A program made the position numbers and the translations under genes. The notes under the pieces are model-generated. The model had not been told where the DNA came from. It worked only from the letters and a program-made list of their open reading frames with translations, and ran no database searches. Shown piece by piece: positions 17,748 through 25,846 of a stretch of 64,000 nucleotides of DNA (position 1 is its first letter; each line of letters begins with the position of its first letter). Origin of the DNA: an uncultured virus (IMG/VR IMGVR_UViG_3300022602_000059) (taxonomy: Duplodnaviria > Heunggongvirae > Uroviricota > Caudoviricetes); the IMG/VR virus record IMGVR_UViG_3300022602_000059, one strand, 5' to 3'.

Positions 17748-17911
17748 AATCGTTTCCTTCGTGTGATGGACAGTTACGACTCTAGCCTACCATACCTTTG
17801 TAAGTTTCATAACTTTACACGACACTTTTGTAAAAATTTTTTGACAGAGCCTTGCAAGGTTCTTGAGCATCAAACGACATAGATAGACACCAATGGTCAT
17901 CAATGGACAAC

Positions 17912-17940
17912 AAAAAACCCCCGACCATAAGGCAGGGGGT
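17912..17940 (-). terminator. intrinsic terminator
   Basis: minus strand accccctgcc-ttat-ggtcgggggt followed by T run. Confidence 0.8.
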
Positions 17941-17958
17941 TAATTGCTGGGAAAGGAC

Positions 17959-18285
17959 TTAGTTGTAATCAGCCATTCCGCTTGAGAAGTTAGGCTGTGT
18001 GCGATTTACAGCTGGAGGAATGATTCGTCCGTTAGCCTGTGTTGCACCAGCTTCTGGCGAGGTTCCACCAGACATTTTTACGCGAATTGCGTAGCGAGCG
18101 CCTTGACGCTCACGAAGGCTTTCCTTACGTGCAGGCTTAGCTTCACGGGCTGGGTCGCCAGCTTGTGCACCCTTCTTAGGCATGAGCTTGGTGTTCTTAG
18201 AAGGTGCTGCAGAAGCGTTTTGTACGCTCTTTGTAGCGCTTTCGTCCATGGTTGGGAAAGCACTCTTTGGGGCTTTATCTGACAT
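17959..18285 (-). CDS. basic hypothetical protein
   Basis: ORF with AAAGGA SD; own -10 (TACAGT 18315-18320) and terminator. Confidence 0.75.
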   Translation of the reverse strand: MSDKAPKSAFPTMDESATKSVQNASAAPSKNTKLMPKKGAQAGDPAREAKPARKESLRERQGARYAIRVKMSGGTSPEAGATQANGRIIPPAVNRTQPNFSSGMADYN

Positions 18286-18326
18286 TTGGTTTCCTTTGCA
18301 AAGGGGGTTTATTAACTGTATCAGCC

Positions 18327-18614
18327 TTACAGGACAATAACGGTTAAAACCATGGCGGATATATCCCCATCGTGGCTCTGAATAGTAGTGAAGCCTGGGA
18401 CGTAGGCGATATCGATGCCTCGAGGGGCTGTATACCCACGGGCGATAGCGATAGCTTTGGTGGCCTGATTAACGGCACCAGCGCCAACCGCACGAATTTT
18501 ACAGGTGCGGGTCTCATAGATGGAATGGGCGATGGCCGAAGCTACGGCCTGGGGGTTAGAACCTGCTGAAACACGCAGGAATTGCTCTTCTGGAGCAGGT
18601 GTTACTTCAGACAT
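18327..18614 (-). CDS. spoVS: SpoVS-like protein (Alba-like fold)
   Basis: LRVSAGSNPQAVASAIA...IRAVGAGAVNQATKAIAIARG...PGF...ISA matches the SpoVS pattern. Confidence 0.88.
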   Translation of the reverse strand: MSEVTPAPEEQFLRVSAGSNPQAVASAIAHSIYETRTCKIRAVGAGAVNQATKAIAIARGYTAPRGIDIAYVPGFTTIQSHDGDISAMVLTVIVL

Positions 18615-18669
18615 TTAGACCTCTTATTAGACGAGTAGTAATACGGTCTAATAAGTATTACAAGCAGGC

Positions 18670-18879
18670 TTAAATATGTCTGTCTAAAGGGGTTGGAGCC
18701 TTGGCGTACGACCCACAGGCGGCACACTCCATGTCGGTGAAGTATGTCGCCAGCTCGAAGTCATCAAAGGATGCCTTGATATTCCAAACAAAGGAACCAC
18801 AATCGCAGACATGGCGAACCTCGTCTGCATGGTCCATGTTGCCTGTGTAATCAGGCCGCAGCTCGCGGATAGGTCTCAT
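18670..18879 (-). CDS. zinc-ribbon hypothetical protein
   Basis: CDCGS...CAACGS; start at ATG 18879 (ATGA overlap). Confidence 0.7.
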   Translation of the reverse strand: MRPIRELRPDYTGNMDHADEVRHVCDCGSFVWNIKASFDDFELATYFTDMECAACGSYAKAPTPLDRHI

Positions 18880-19046
18880 ATTAAAATCTTGAGGTGGTGA
18901 AGGCAAGCCTCGCCAAACTCGTCAAACTCCGCGCTCTCTTCATCACTGATAGGGCCGCCGTCATGGGTACAGCAGAACGGCTCGGTTATCCAACCGCGGG
19001 CTATACCGTTACGAAGCCAGATGTAGAACTCGTCTCCGTCATTCAT
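18876..19046 (-). CDS. hypothetical protein (CxTHDG motif)
   Basis: start at ATG 19046. Confidence 0.7.
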   Translation of the reverse strand: MNDGDEFYIWLRNGIARGWITEPFCCTHDGGPISDEESAEFDEFGEACLHHLKILI

Positions 19047-19176
19047 CGTCGTCCTCATCCTCTTCGTCGTCTTCGTCAAACTCGTCTATTTCATCCCAGT
19101 CAATATCATCGTCTTCCCAGTCAATGCCGTCGACTTCAAAGTCTTCGTCAAACAGGTCCTCGTTCAGCTCATCCAT
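19039..19176 (-). CDS. 45-aa ultra-acidic microprotein (not in ORF track)
   Basis: MDELNEDLFDEDFEVDGIDWEDDDIDWDEIDEFDEDDEEDEDDDE; AGGAG SD; fills the gap between neighbours. Confidence 0.75.
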   Translation of the reverse strand: MDELNEDLFDEDFEVDGIDWEDDDIDWDEIDEFDEDDEEDEDDDE

Positions 19177-19178
19177 GA

Positions 19179-19370
19179 TTAGTCTCCTAGGTAGAAGGTG
19201 TAGTCGTTAATTATTTCTAATGCGTGGCGGAATTTCTCAGGCAAGTCATCAGACTCTAAAACTAGGCTGAGCAGCTCTCGGACACGCTCATGGTAGTACT
19301 TGGTCTGCTCTTTACGGCGCATACCCCCGAAGTTAACGTCTTCGGGTCTAGGAAGGTCTAGCTCCATCAT
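19179..19370 (-). CDS. hypothetical protein
   Basis: ORF, ATGA overlap. Confidence 0.65.
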   Translation of the reverse strand: MMELDLPRPEDVNFGGMRRKEQTKYYHERVRELLSLVLESDDLPEKFRHALEIINDYTFYLGD

Positions 19371-19918
19371 TTCTCCCTGAACTTGGGGTCCTGAAGTTTA
19401 GCATAGACCTCTTTCTGATATGCGAACTTGGCATCGCCTGAGACCAACTTGGCTAGGGCAAACGAGTCAGCGGCGTTGTCATCCGTGAACTCTGCATCCC
19501 AGCATTTATATACCTGTAATAGCATTTGGCTTTTAGATATGCCGTTACCTTTACCTGTTACATACTTCTTGAGGTTGGTAGGCGGAACAATAAGTGGATA
19601 GATACCAAAATCTAGGAGGGTGAGCTTAACCATCCCGCCCAGCTCTCCCAGCATATTGGCCATCTGGGAACCGAAGGCATAGCCTTCCATAGCTACATCA
19701 ACAACACCCTCGTATGAATACAGGATGTTCATTAGGTGGCTTTGTATATCTTTTAGGCGCTCAATGCCGCCCTTGTCAGACTTATAGACTGTTGTCCTGT
19801 AGGTATCTCCAAACAAGACAGTTATAGCAAACCCGCTATATGACTGGTCAATCCCCATGAACACGGGTTGCTCCCGTGCGACAGCAGGCAACCCGCCATC
19901 GAATATCTTGAGGGGCAT
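19367..19918 (-). CDS. ruvC: RuvC-like Holliday junction resolvase
   Basis: GIDQS, VAMEGY, LKKYVTGKGN, DNAADS. Confidence 0.85.
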   Translation of the reverse strand: MPLKIFDGGLPAVAREQPVFMGIDQSYSGFAITVLFGDTYRTTVYKSDKGGIERLKDIQSHLMNILYSYEGVVDVAMEGYAFGSQMANMLGELGGMVKLTLLDFGIYPLIVPPTNLKKYVTGKGNGISKSQMLLQVYKCWDAEFTDDNAADSFALAKLVSGDAKFAYQKEVYAKLQDPKFREK

Positions 19919-20394
19919 TAGAACTTACGGCTCGTGAATCCTGGGTTCGCAGTACGGCGTGACAGTTCACGGCTGATTACCTTGGTGCTTTCGGTAACGC
20001 CGTCCTGGATGCTCTTAAGCAATGAATGGTAGTTGCGACGAACTGCTAGCTCGTCCTCTAACGCCTGTCCTTCAGGGCTGGATATTACCTTGGCCTTAGT
20101 ACGGGCCACGGTCTCGCCCTTGACTGCCTGCAATAACATCGATGCCTCATAGCGGTCGAAATCCTTGGTGGCGTTCTCTTCGTCAATGCGAGCACAGGAA
20201 ATCTGTAGGAGCAGGAAGTTGTTGTATTCAACAAAATGCTGGAATAGGCGCATCAGCTCTTGGTCTTCAATGTCTGTAAGGTCGTCAGGGATTACGGGGA
20301 TACTATCGTTGTAGGTAGTAGTGGCTCCGTAACCTTGTGTGATTAGCTTTGCAACTGCTTCTGCACTTGCTGTACCTGTGTTTAGCGTAATCAT
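19918..20394 (-). CDS. helical protein, possibly a recombination mediator (UvsY-like)
   Basis: coiled-coil character and position in the recombination module only. Confidence 0.4.
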   Translation of the reverse strand: MITLNTGTASAEAVAKLITQGYGATTTYNDSIPVIPDDLTDIEDQELMRLFQHFVEYNNFLLLQISCARIDEENATKDFDRYEASMLLQAVKGETVARTKAKVISSPEGQALEDELAVRRNYHSLLKSIQDGVTESTKVISRELSRRTANPGFTSRKF

Positions 20395-21248
20395 TAGTAC
20401 TCCTTACAACTACTGCATAGTTCTGGACCACCTATATTACACACAGGAGGGGTACCTTTGGCAACTGCATCCACAATCATTTGTGCCGCGTCAAATTTCT
20501 CGTTGATACCAAAATCGCTCTTAGGAATGATGAGCTCTTTGTACTCCTGAGTAGGCTTGGACTCGTATATGAAACAGGCCTCTTGTGGGGCAGGTTGGTC
20601 AAAACCAATTAGCTCAATGAGCTTCATGTAAATCTGTGCTTGCATGATGTGGCTTTGGAACGGGGCATCAAGGGCAGCCCATATCTTCTTGAAGTCTCCG
20701 TCATGCTTGTATAAAAGGTCAGGTGACTCCCAGCGAATCGTACCTTCGCCCACTGACTTAATCTCTAGCAGTAGTGGGTCATCAAACCCTACAAGCCAGC
20801 CGTCAGCGTGGCCAGCAATACGCATCTGTGGATAGTCCAATGGGACTTCCTTGTACTTAACGCTATTAGGGTTGCCGTTGTGGTCTCCTGGCATACCCCA
20901 GAAAAATTCATCGCACTCTACGCATTCCCAAAGGCCGTAGATGGCGTTCATATCCTTGAATCGTTGTTGCCACTTATGGTGGATGGCATGGCCTTCTTCA
21001 AACACGCCATCAGTTTGCATGGATAGCTTGCGTTTGGCTTTTGCAGGTGGCAGGCCAGTAAGGTGGAAGTAAGAAGCACGATAGCACCAACTGTCCTTGG
21101 CCATCTCAGATGGATGCAGGACGTCGGTACGTCGGTCATTAACACGCGGCGTAGCAAGGAAGTGACGCTCCAGCTTTCCTAGTACTCGACTCTCTTTCTT
21201 AGTCGTATCTAGGAACTGCTTAAACGCTCCTGTAGGCTTCTGTGCCAT
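20394..21248 (-). CDS. Cas4/RecB-like PD-(D/E)xK exonuclease
   Basis: HPSE...C, GHAIH, GHADG, LEIKS, QAQIY, C-terminal Cys. Confidence 0.85.
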   Translation of the reverse strand: MAQKPTGAFKQFLDTTKKESRVLGKLERHFLATPRVNDRRTDVLHPSEMAKDSWCYRASYFHLTGLPPAKAKRKLSMQTDGVFEEGHAIHHKWQQRFKDMNAIYGLWECVECDEFFWGMPGDHNGNPNSVKYKEVPLDYPQMRIAGHADGWLVGFDDPLLLEIKSVGEGTIRWESPDLLYKHDGDFKKIWAALDAPFQSHIMQAQIYMKLIELIGFDQPAPQEACFIYESKPTQEYKELIIPKSDFGINEKFDAAQMIVDAVAKGTPPVCNIGGPELCSSCKEY

Positions 21249-21255
21249 CGTGCCC

Positions 21256-21570
21256 CTATTCTTTGTTAATCCACTCTTCTACGGTCATCTTATTACGAGT
21301 TGCCTTACGTTGTAAAGCATTTCGTTCTCGGTGGCTCATGCCGCCAAAGATGCCGTGCTGTTCATCAATCTCTATGGCAGATAGCAAACATTCCTTACGC
21401 ACTGGGCACTCGGACTTGCCATCTTTGCCAAAGCAAATAGCTTTAGCCTTATCAGCAATTGGTTTGTATTTAGCTTTGTCTCTGGGCGGGAACCACATCT
21501 CTGTGTCCATGCCACTGCACTTAGCGTGATAATACCAACGGTCTAGGGGGTCTCCCTTGTACACGTACAC
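21256..21570 (-). CDS. whiB: WhiB-family transcription factor
   Basis: AKC...WFP...AKAIC...CPVRKECL...GIFGGMSHRER. Confidence 0.9.
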   Translation of the reverse strand: MYVYKGDPLDRWYYHAKCSGMDTEMWFPPRDKAKYKPIADKAKAICFGKDGKSECPVRKECLLSAIEIDEQHGIFGGMSHRERNALQRKATRNKMTVEEWINKE

Positions 21571-21881
21571 TCCTGGAGGTAATGGCGGAGCTCCAGGTAA
21601 TCATCTTCAGTCAGCATAACGTAGTTATTGCCGTTCAAATGGAATCCAAGGACAGGTGTCCGACTATCCAGAATTGCTTCTGTGACAATCTTCTCCAGCT
21701 CCACCGCTTTGACGGTGAACTGGGTTTTGCCCGTCCACTTATGCTCGACCAACAGGTCGTCTGAACGAACATCACCCTTCCGACTCCAAAAAGCACCGCT
21801 CCCAGCGTTGCGTTTCCCGCCAATCTTTTTAGCGAGTCGGTCCTCGTGTTTCCGTGACTCTTTCTGTCCCTTAGTCCTCAT
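21543..21881 (-). CDS. PD-(D/E)xK Holliday-junction resolvase-like endonuclease
   Basis: E...GSGA...KGDV...LVEHK; start moved to ATG 21881. Confidence 0.75.
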   Translation of the reverse strand: MRTKGQKESRKHEDRLAKKIGGKRNAGSGAFWSRKGDVRSDDLLVEHKWTGKTQFTVKAVELEKIVTEAILDSRTPVLGFHLNGNNYVMLTEDDYLELRHYLQECTCTRETP

Positions 21882-22929
21882 CGGACTCTGCGACAAACTT
21901 AGAGCTCTCCAAGATGCTCCGAAGAACATCTTTCTCCAGTGTTTCCCTAAGGTCAATCTCTTCTCTCAAGGACTTTAGGATAGCATCTCCGCCCTGCCAC
22001 TGTCTATCGCCGTAACGATAGTAAGCACCCGCTCGAGTAATAACGCGGTTAAGGATGCCTAAAGCAACAATTTCCTTGCCCGCATCAAAATCGCCTGGCA
22101 TTAAATCCCCGCCCTCGGCAAAGTAAAAGTCAACATATGCTGGTGGGTTGATAGCAGAGGACTTGTTCTTCAAGGTACGAATCTTGATGGTCTGTCCTAC
22201 ACGACGCTTGTTATCGCCAGTGCCTACCTCAATCCAGTCATCGCGTTTTACCTCAATACGGGTAAAGAACGAGTAATCCTTGCCCAAGCCGCCTGGGGTA
22301 GTACGTGAGTCGCCATACATGACGCCAATCTTTGAGCGCCACTGGTTAATCATAATTCCAATGAATGGTCGGTCTTGGTCTACAAGACTGCGCTTGCTTG
22401 CCTTGCCTACCTTACGGAAGAACTTGTTAGATGCGATAGCGGCACGGCCAACGGTGGACTCGCCCATCTCACGGTCATCCTCAGCACTTGGCACAAGGGC
22501 AGGAAGTGAGTCAATGACGATGCAGTCTACGTTGCGGCTCTCAGCCAATTCGATAACAGCATCCATGGCGTCTTCCATGACATTAGTAGAAATGACATAA
22601 ACGCGTGAGGTATCAACGCCGCACATATCTGCGTATGAAGGAACCCACTGCTCTGCAGCAATCCACACAGCGGTGAACTCTGGGTCGCGCTTCTGATTAG
22701 CAGCGATGGTCTTCAGGGCAATAGCAGTCTTGCCGTTAGATGCTTCTCCTACAATCTCATGCCACTGGTTGACAGTCCATCCGCCACCCAGTGCAACGTC
22801 TAGCGCTAATGAACCGCTAGGGAATCGTTCTAGGATATTGTCACGAATCTCTGAGCCCTTGACGATAGTTCCAGCGCCAAGCTTCTTGTTAATCTTGAGT
22901 ACGAATTTGTCTAGTTCTGCTGTAGCCAT
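21871..22929 (-). CDS. recA: RecA-like recombinase
   Basis: SGSLALDVALGGG, GEASNGKT, IVIDS, INQWR..IGVMYG..TTPGG. Confidence 0.92.
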   Translation of the reverse strand: MATAELDKFVLKINKKLGAGTIVKGSEIRDNILERFPSGSLALDVALGGGWTVNQWHEIVGEASNGKTAIALKTIAANQKRDPEFTAVWIAAEQWVPSYADMCGVDTSRVYVISTNVMEDAMDAVIELAESRNVDCIVIDSLPALVPSAEDDREMGESTVGRAAIASNKFFRKVGKASKRSLVDQDRPFIGIMINQWRSKIGVMYGDSRTTPGGLGKDYSFFTRIEVKRDDWIEVGTGDNKRRVGQTIKIRTLKNKSSAINPPAYVDFYFAEGGDLMPGDFDAGKEIVALGILNRVITRAGAYYRYGDRQWQGGDAILKSLREEIDLRETLEKDVLRSILESSKFVAESDED

Positions 22930-23315
22930 TAAATATGTCCAATGATAGTCTGTGGGTTAAATCCGCCTGTTGCAACTTGTTTTGCTGGTTGAGCAGGGCC
23001 ACTAGCTTGAGGTCCGCTAGTAATTCCCTTACCTAATCCAGAACCTGACTGTTGAATAGGGTAGCCGCAATCATAGCAGCGTGCCTTGAGTTCAGGCGAA
23101 GGCTTAACATAGTTACCACTGCCACATCCAGGACAGCGTTGTGGGTTCAAAGCACTTGGCGGTAGAACCTGCGGCTCAATTGAAACCGTAGGGTTAACAG
23201 CTACATAGCCAGGATTTGGCGGTTGTACTGGTTGCTGCTGCTGCTGTTGTGTTGGAGGAAGTGCCTGTCGAGGAGCTGGACTCCCCATCTTGCGTGACCA
23301 CCAGTCATTGCTCAT
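22929..23315 (-). CDS. Pro/Gln-rich zinc-ribbon protein
   Basis: CPGCGS...CYDCGY. Confidence 0.7.
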   Translation of the reverse strand: MSNDWWSRKMGSPAPRQALPPTQQQQQQPVQPPNPGYVAVNPTVSIEPQVLPPSALNPQRCPGCGSGNYVKPSPELKARCYDCGYPIQQSGSGLGKGITSGPQASGPAQPAKQVATGGFNPQTIIGHI

Positions 23316-23796
23316 CTGTTGTTACCTCACCTGCCCATGCCGCTCCAGGTAGGAGCAGTCCTGTACTAAAAGCTATTGATAATGCTGACATGATAGCAGT
23401 AAATCCAATTTGTTGGAAAACCTCGTAGCTGGCTTCGGCATACTCCTCAATAATCTGAATCTCTTCTTCATCTAGCTCTACTAGGTCTTCTTTAAGAGCA
23501 TCCTTGAGACCACGCTCTTTAATAACGGCAATAGCCTGAGCGTTGATATCTGCGACCATGGCAGCGTAGTCCGTGAACATACTGATAGGAAGCATGCGCT
23601 CGTCACTATCTTGGCGTTCTTTTTCAGCGCCCTCTTCGCTAATACTGTTAATACCTAGTTCAGCAGCAATAGACTCTGGGTCTTCAATCTGCATGTCGTA
23701 CAAGTACCAACGTACCAGGGTAGTTAGAGGAATAGTCGTAGACTCGATGACGTACTGCTCTTCCTTTTCACGCTTAAACCAATCAAACAGACCCAT
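23305..23796 (-). CDS. acidic hypothetical protein
   Basis: ORF, TAATG coupling to polA. Confidence 0.7.
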   Translation of the reverse strand: MGLFDWFKREKEEQYVIESTTIPLTTLVRWYLYDMQIEDPESIAAELGINSISEEGAEKERQDSDERMLPISMFTDYAAMVADINAQAIAVIKERGLKDALKEDLVELDEEEIQIIEEYAEASYEVFQQIGFTAIMSALSIAFSTGLLLPGAAWAGEVTTDEQ

Positions 23797-25772
23797 TACT
23801 TGGCCTCACCCCATCGGTCAACAATCTTTACATCCGCAATCAGCGGAATAGTCTTGAGCATAGATACGCCTTCCATTGCCTCACGAATAGCTTCGGCAGT
23901 CTGTTCAGCTAGATGCTCTGGGCAGGATGTCACAAGTTCGTCGTGTACTGTAAGGAGGAGTTTAGCACCTTCTGGAATCATTTTATGGGCCCGTACCATG
24001 GCTATCTTCATGACGTCAGCGGCGGTGCCTTGGATAACCGTATTGAACGCCTGACGCTCAGCGCTGGCCTTTTTGTCCCGCAAGGCAGACGTGATGTCTG
24101 GCAGGTAGCGGCGGCGCCCTGTGGCGGTGGTTACATATTTATTCTTGCGTGCCACGCCAATGACCTTGAGCTTATATAGGCCTACGGCAGAGAATTTTTC
24201 AGCAAAGTCGTTGAGCAGCTTCTTAGCCTCTGTCACCGTACAGCCAATACTGCGGGCAATCTTGTCGGGACCTACGCCGTAAGCCATAGATAGGACCAGC
24301 GTCTTACCAGCGGCGCGGTTAACGCCCATGGTATTAGCTACCGTCATGTAGATGTCTTCCTTGTTCAAGTATGAATCCACCATGATGGGGTCCTTAGAGA
24401 AGTCAGCAATGATGCGCGGTTCAATCTGCGAGTAGTCTGCTACGACTAGCTTGTAGCCCTCAGGGGCAATAAACAGGTTACGAATAGCCTTACCGTGCGC
24501 TGTGGCAGGGTTAGGTACGTTCTGCAAGTTAGGGTTACGACTAGAAAAGCGACCTGTCTCCGCGCCGTTCTGCACAAAGTCACAGTGGATGCGACCGTTG
24601 ATTAACAAGCTATCACGGTACTCGGTAATAGCTTTGCCGTTGGTGGTCTTGGTGACGTCTCCGCCAAGGTAGGGAATTACATAGGTTGTCAGCAATTTGT
24701 TCAAGTCTGAGTATTCGACAAGGAGCTTACATAGAGCGTCACGTTCCTTGTTCTCAGCAAGAGCATCAGATGAGGTTGAGTAGTCTGTGTACTCTAGCTC
24801 TTTACCTTCCTTATCTTTCTCCTCGCCCTTGGGGGTCAAGACCTTAGTCTTCAGACCACGTCCGCCCTCTGTTTTAGGCTTGTACAAAATCTCTTGGCGT
24901 TCAGGGATGGAGTTAATGTTGAACTGCTTACCAGCTTCTTTATAGATGGATGCGCGCTTGATATCAAGTTCTGCTTCAAGGGTAACCTGTAGCTTAGCAA
25001 GGCTAGGCATATCGATAGGAGCACCAGTTAGCTTCATGTCACACAGCACAGCTAGGACATCCATCTCTAAGCGCATGACCTTCTCTACGCCAGCCTCTGC
25101 CAGCTTAGGGAGGACAGCCTTCCACAGCAAAAATGTGTACTTAGCATCTAGTGCTGCATACTTATAGGTATCCATGAACGAGTGAGCTTCAATCTCTTTG
25201 CCCACGCCCTTAACCATCTCGTAGCCAAGCTCGCGTTTCAAGCAGTCTGCTAGACCACAGCGACCCTTGTTACGGGTGTCATAGAGGAACGATGCAATCA
25301 TGGTGTCAAAGTATGGGCCAGTAGGTACACGGCCACCGTAGTACTTGGCAACTGAGGTAAGGTCAAACGCTAGGTTGTGACCAATAGTAAGAATCGTGTC
25401 ATTAAACATCAAGGGCTCTAACGCCTTAAACACCTCGCCTGGAAACATCTGCTCAGGCGCAGGCGCAAATACTTTGGTTGCTTTCTTGTCGTTGCGTGAG
25501 TAGTCGCTTTCACGAGGCTCATGACCTGCGTCTACACGCTTCTGTCCCTGACCTGTAAGCGGGCGGTCTAGGCGTAGGAACTCACCATTGGGATGGCCCA
25601 TAGGAATAACATCTACGCGACCATATGTAGCAAAGCTAATCCATACTACGTCGTTGATAGGAGTATCGCCTCGGCGGTCTCCCATAGTTTCCACGTCAAA
25701 TGCAAACGCGTCTTGCTGGAGATAGTGTTGAACCATCTCATCTAATTGTTCTTGATTAAGTATAAGCCCCAT
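23796..25772 (-). CDS. polA: family A DNA polymerase with 3'-5' exonuclease domain
   Basis: FDVET, GHNLAFD, YAALDA; TGRFSSRNPNLQN, DYSQIE, QGTAAD, VHDE. Confidence 0.93.
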   Translation of the reverse strand: MGLILNQEQLDEMVQHYLQQDAFAFDVETMGDRRGDTPINDVVWISFATYGRVDVIPMGHPNGEFLRLDRPLTGQGQKRVDAGHEPRESDYSRNDKKATKVFAPAPEQMFPGEVFKALEPLMFNDTILTIGHNLAFDLTSVAKYYGGRVPTGPYFDTMIASFLYDTRNKGRCGLADCLKRELGYEMVKGVGKEIEAHSFMDTYKYAALDAKYTFLLWKAVLPKLAEAGVEKVMRLEMDVLAVLCDMKLTGAPIDMPSLAKLQVTLEAELDIKRASIYKEAGKQFNINSIPERQEILYKPKTEGGRGLKTKVLTPKGEEKDKEGKELEYTDYSTSSDALAENKERDALCKLLVEYSDLNKLLTTYVIPYLGGDVTKTTNGKAITEYRDSLLINGRIHCDFVQNGAETGRFSSRNPNLQNVPNPATAHGKAIRNLFIAPEGYKLVVADYSQIEPRIIADFSKDPIMVDSYLNKEDIYMTVANTMGVNRAAGKTLVLSMAYGVGPDKIARSIGCTVTEAKKLLNDFAEKFSAVGLYKLKVIGVARKNKYVTTATGRRRYLPDITSALRDKKASAERQAFNTVIQGTAADVMKIAMVRAHKMIPEGAKLLLTVHDELVTSCPEHLAEQTAEAIREAMEGVSMLKTIPLIADVKIVDRWGEAK

Positions 25773-25777
25773 GTATT

Positions 25778-25830
25778 ACCCCTTAAAAGGCCCAGAGGCG
25801 TAGAGAAAGGGGTTAAAACTACGCCTCTGG
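25778..25830 (-). promoter_or_regulatory. 12-bp hairpin in the polA leader; loop complementary to the polA SD
   Basis: perfect inverted repeat ccagaggcgtag/ctacgcctctgg; loop ACCCCTT vs SD AAGGGGT. Confidence 0.65.
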
Positions 25831-25846
25831 ACAGCTAGTGTGTTCC

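Noticed and set aside
1306..17959. tRNA genes in the larger intergenic gaps
   Set aside because: No cloverleaf or T-loop GTTCRA pattern recognised by eye; tRNAscan-SE or ARAGORN would be needed to exclude them fully
20394..21248. Cas4-like gene as part of a CRISPR-Cas system
   Set aside because: Stand-alone exonuclease in a recombination operon; no cas1/cas2 or array
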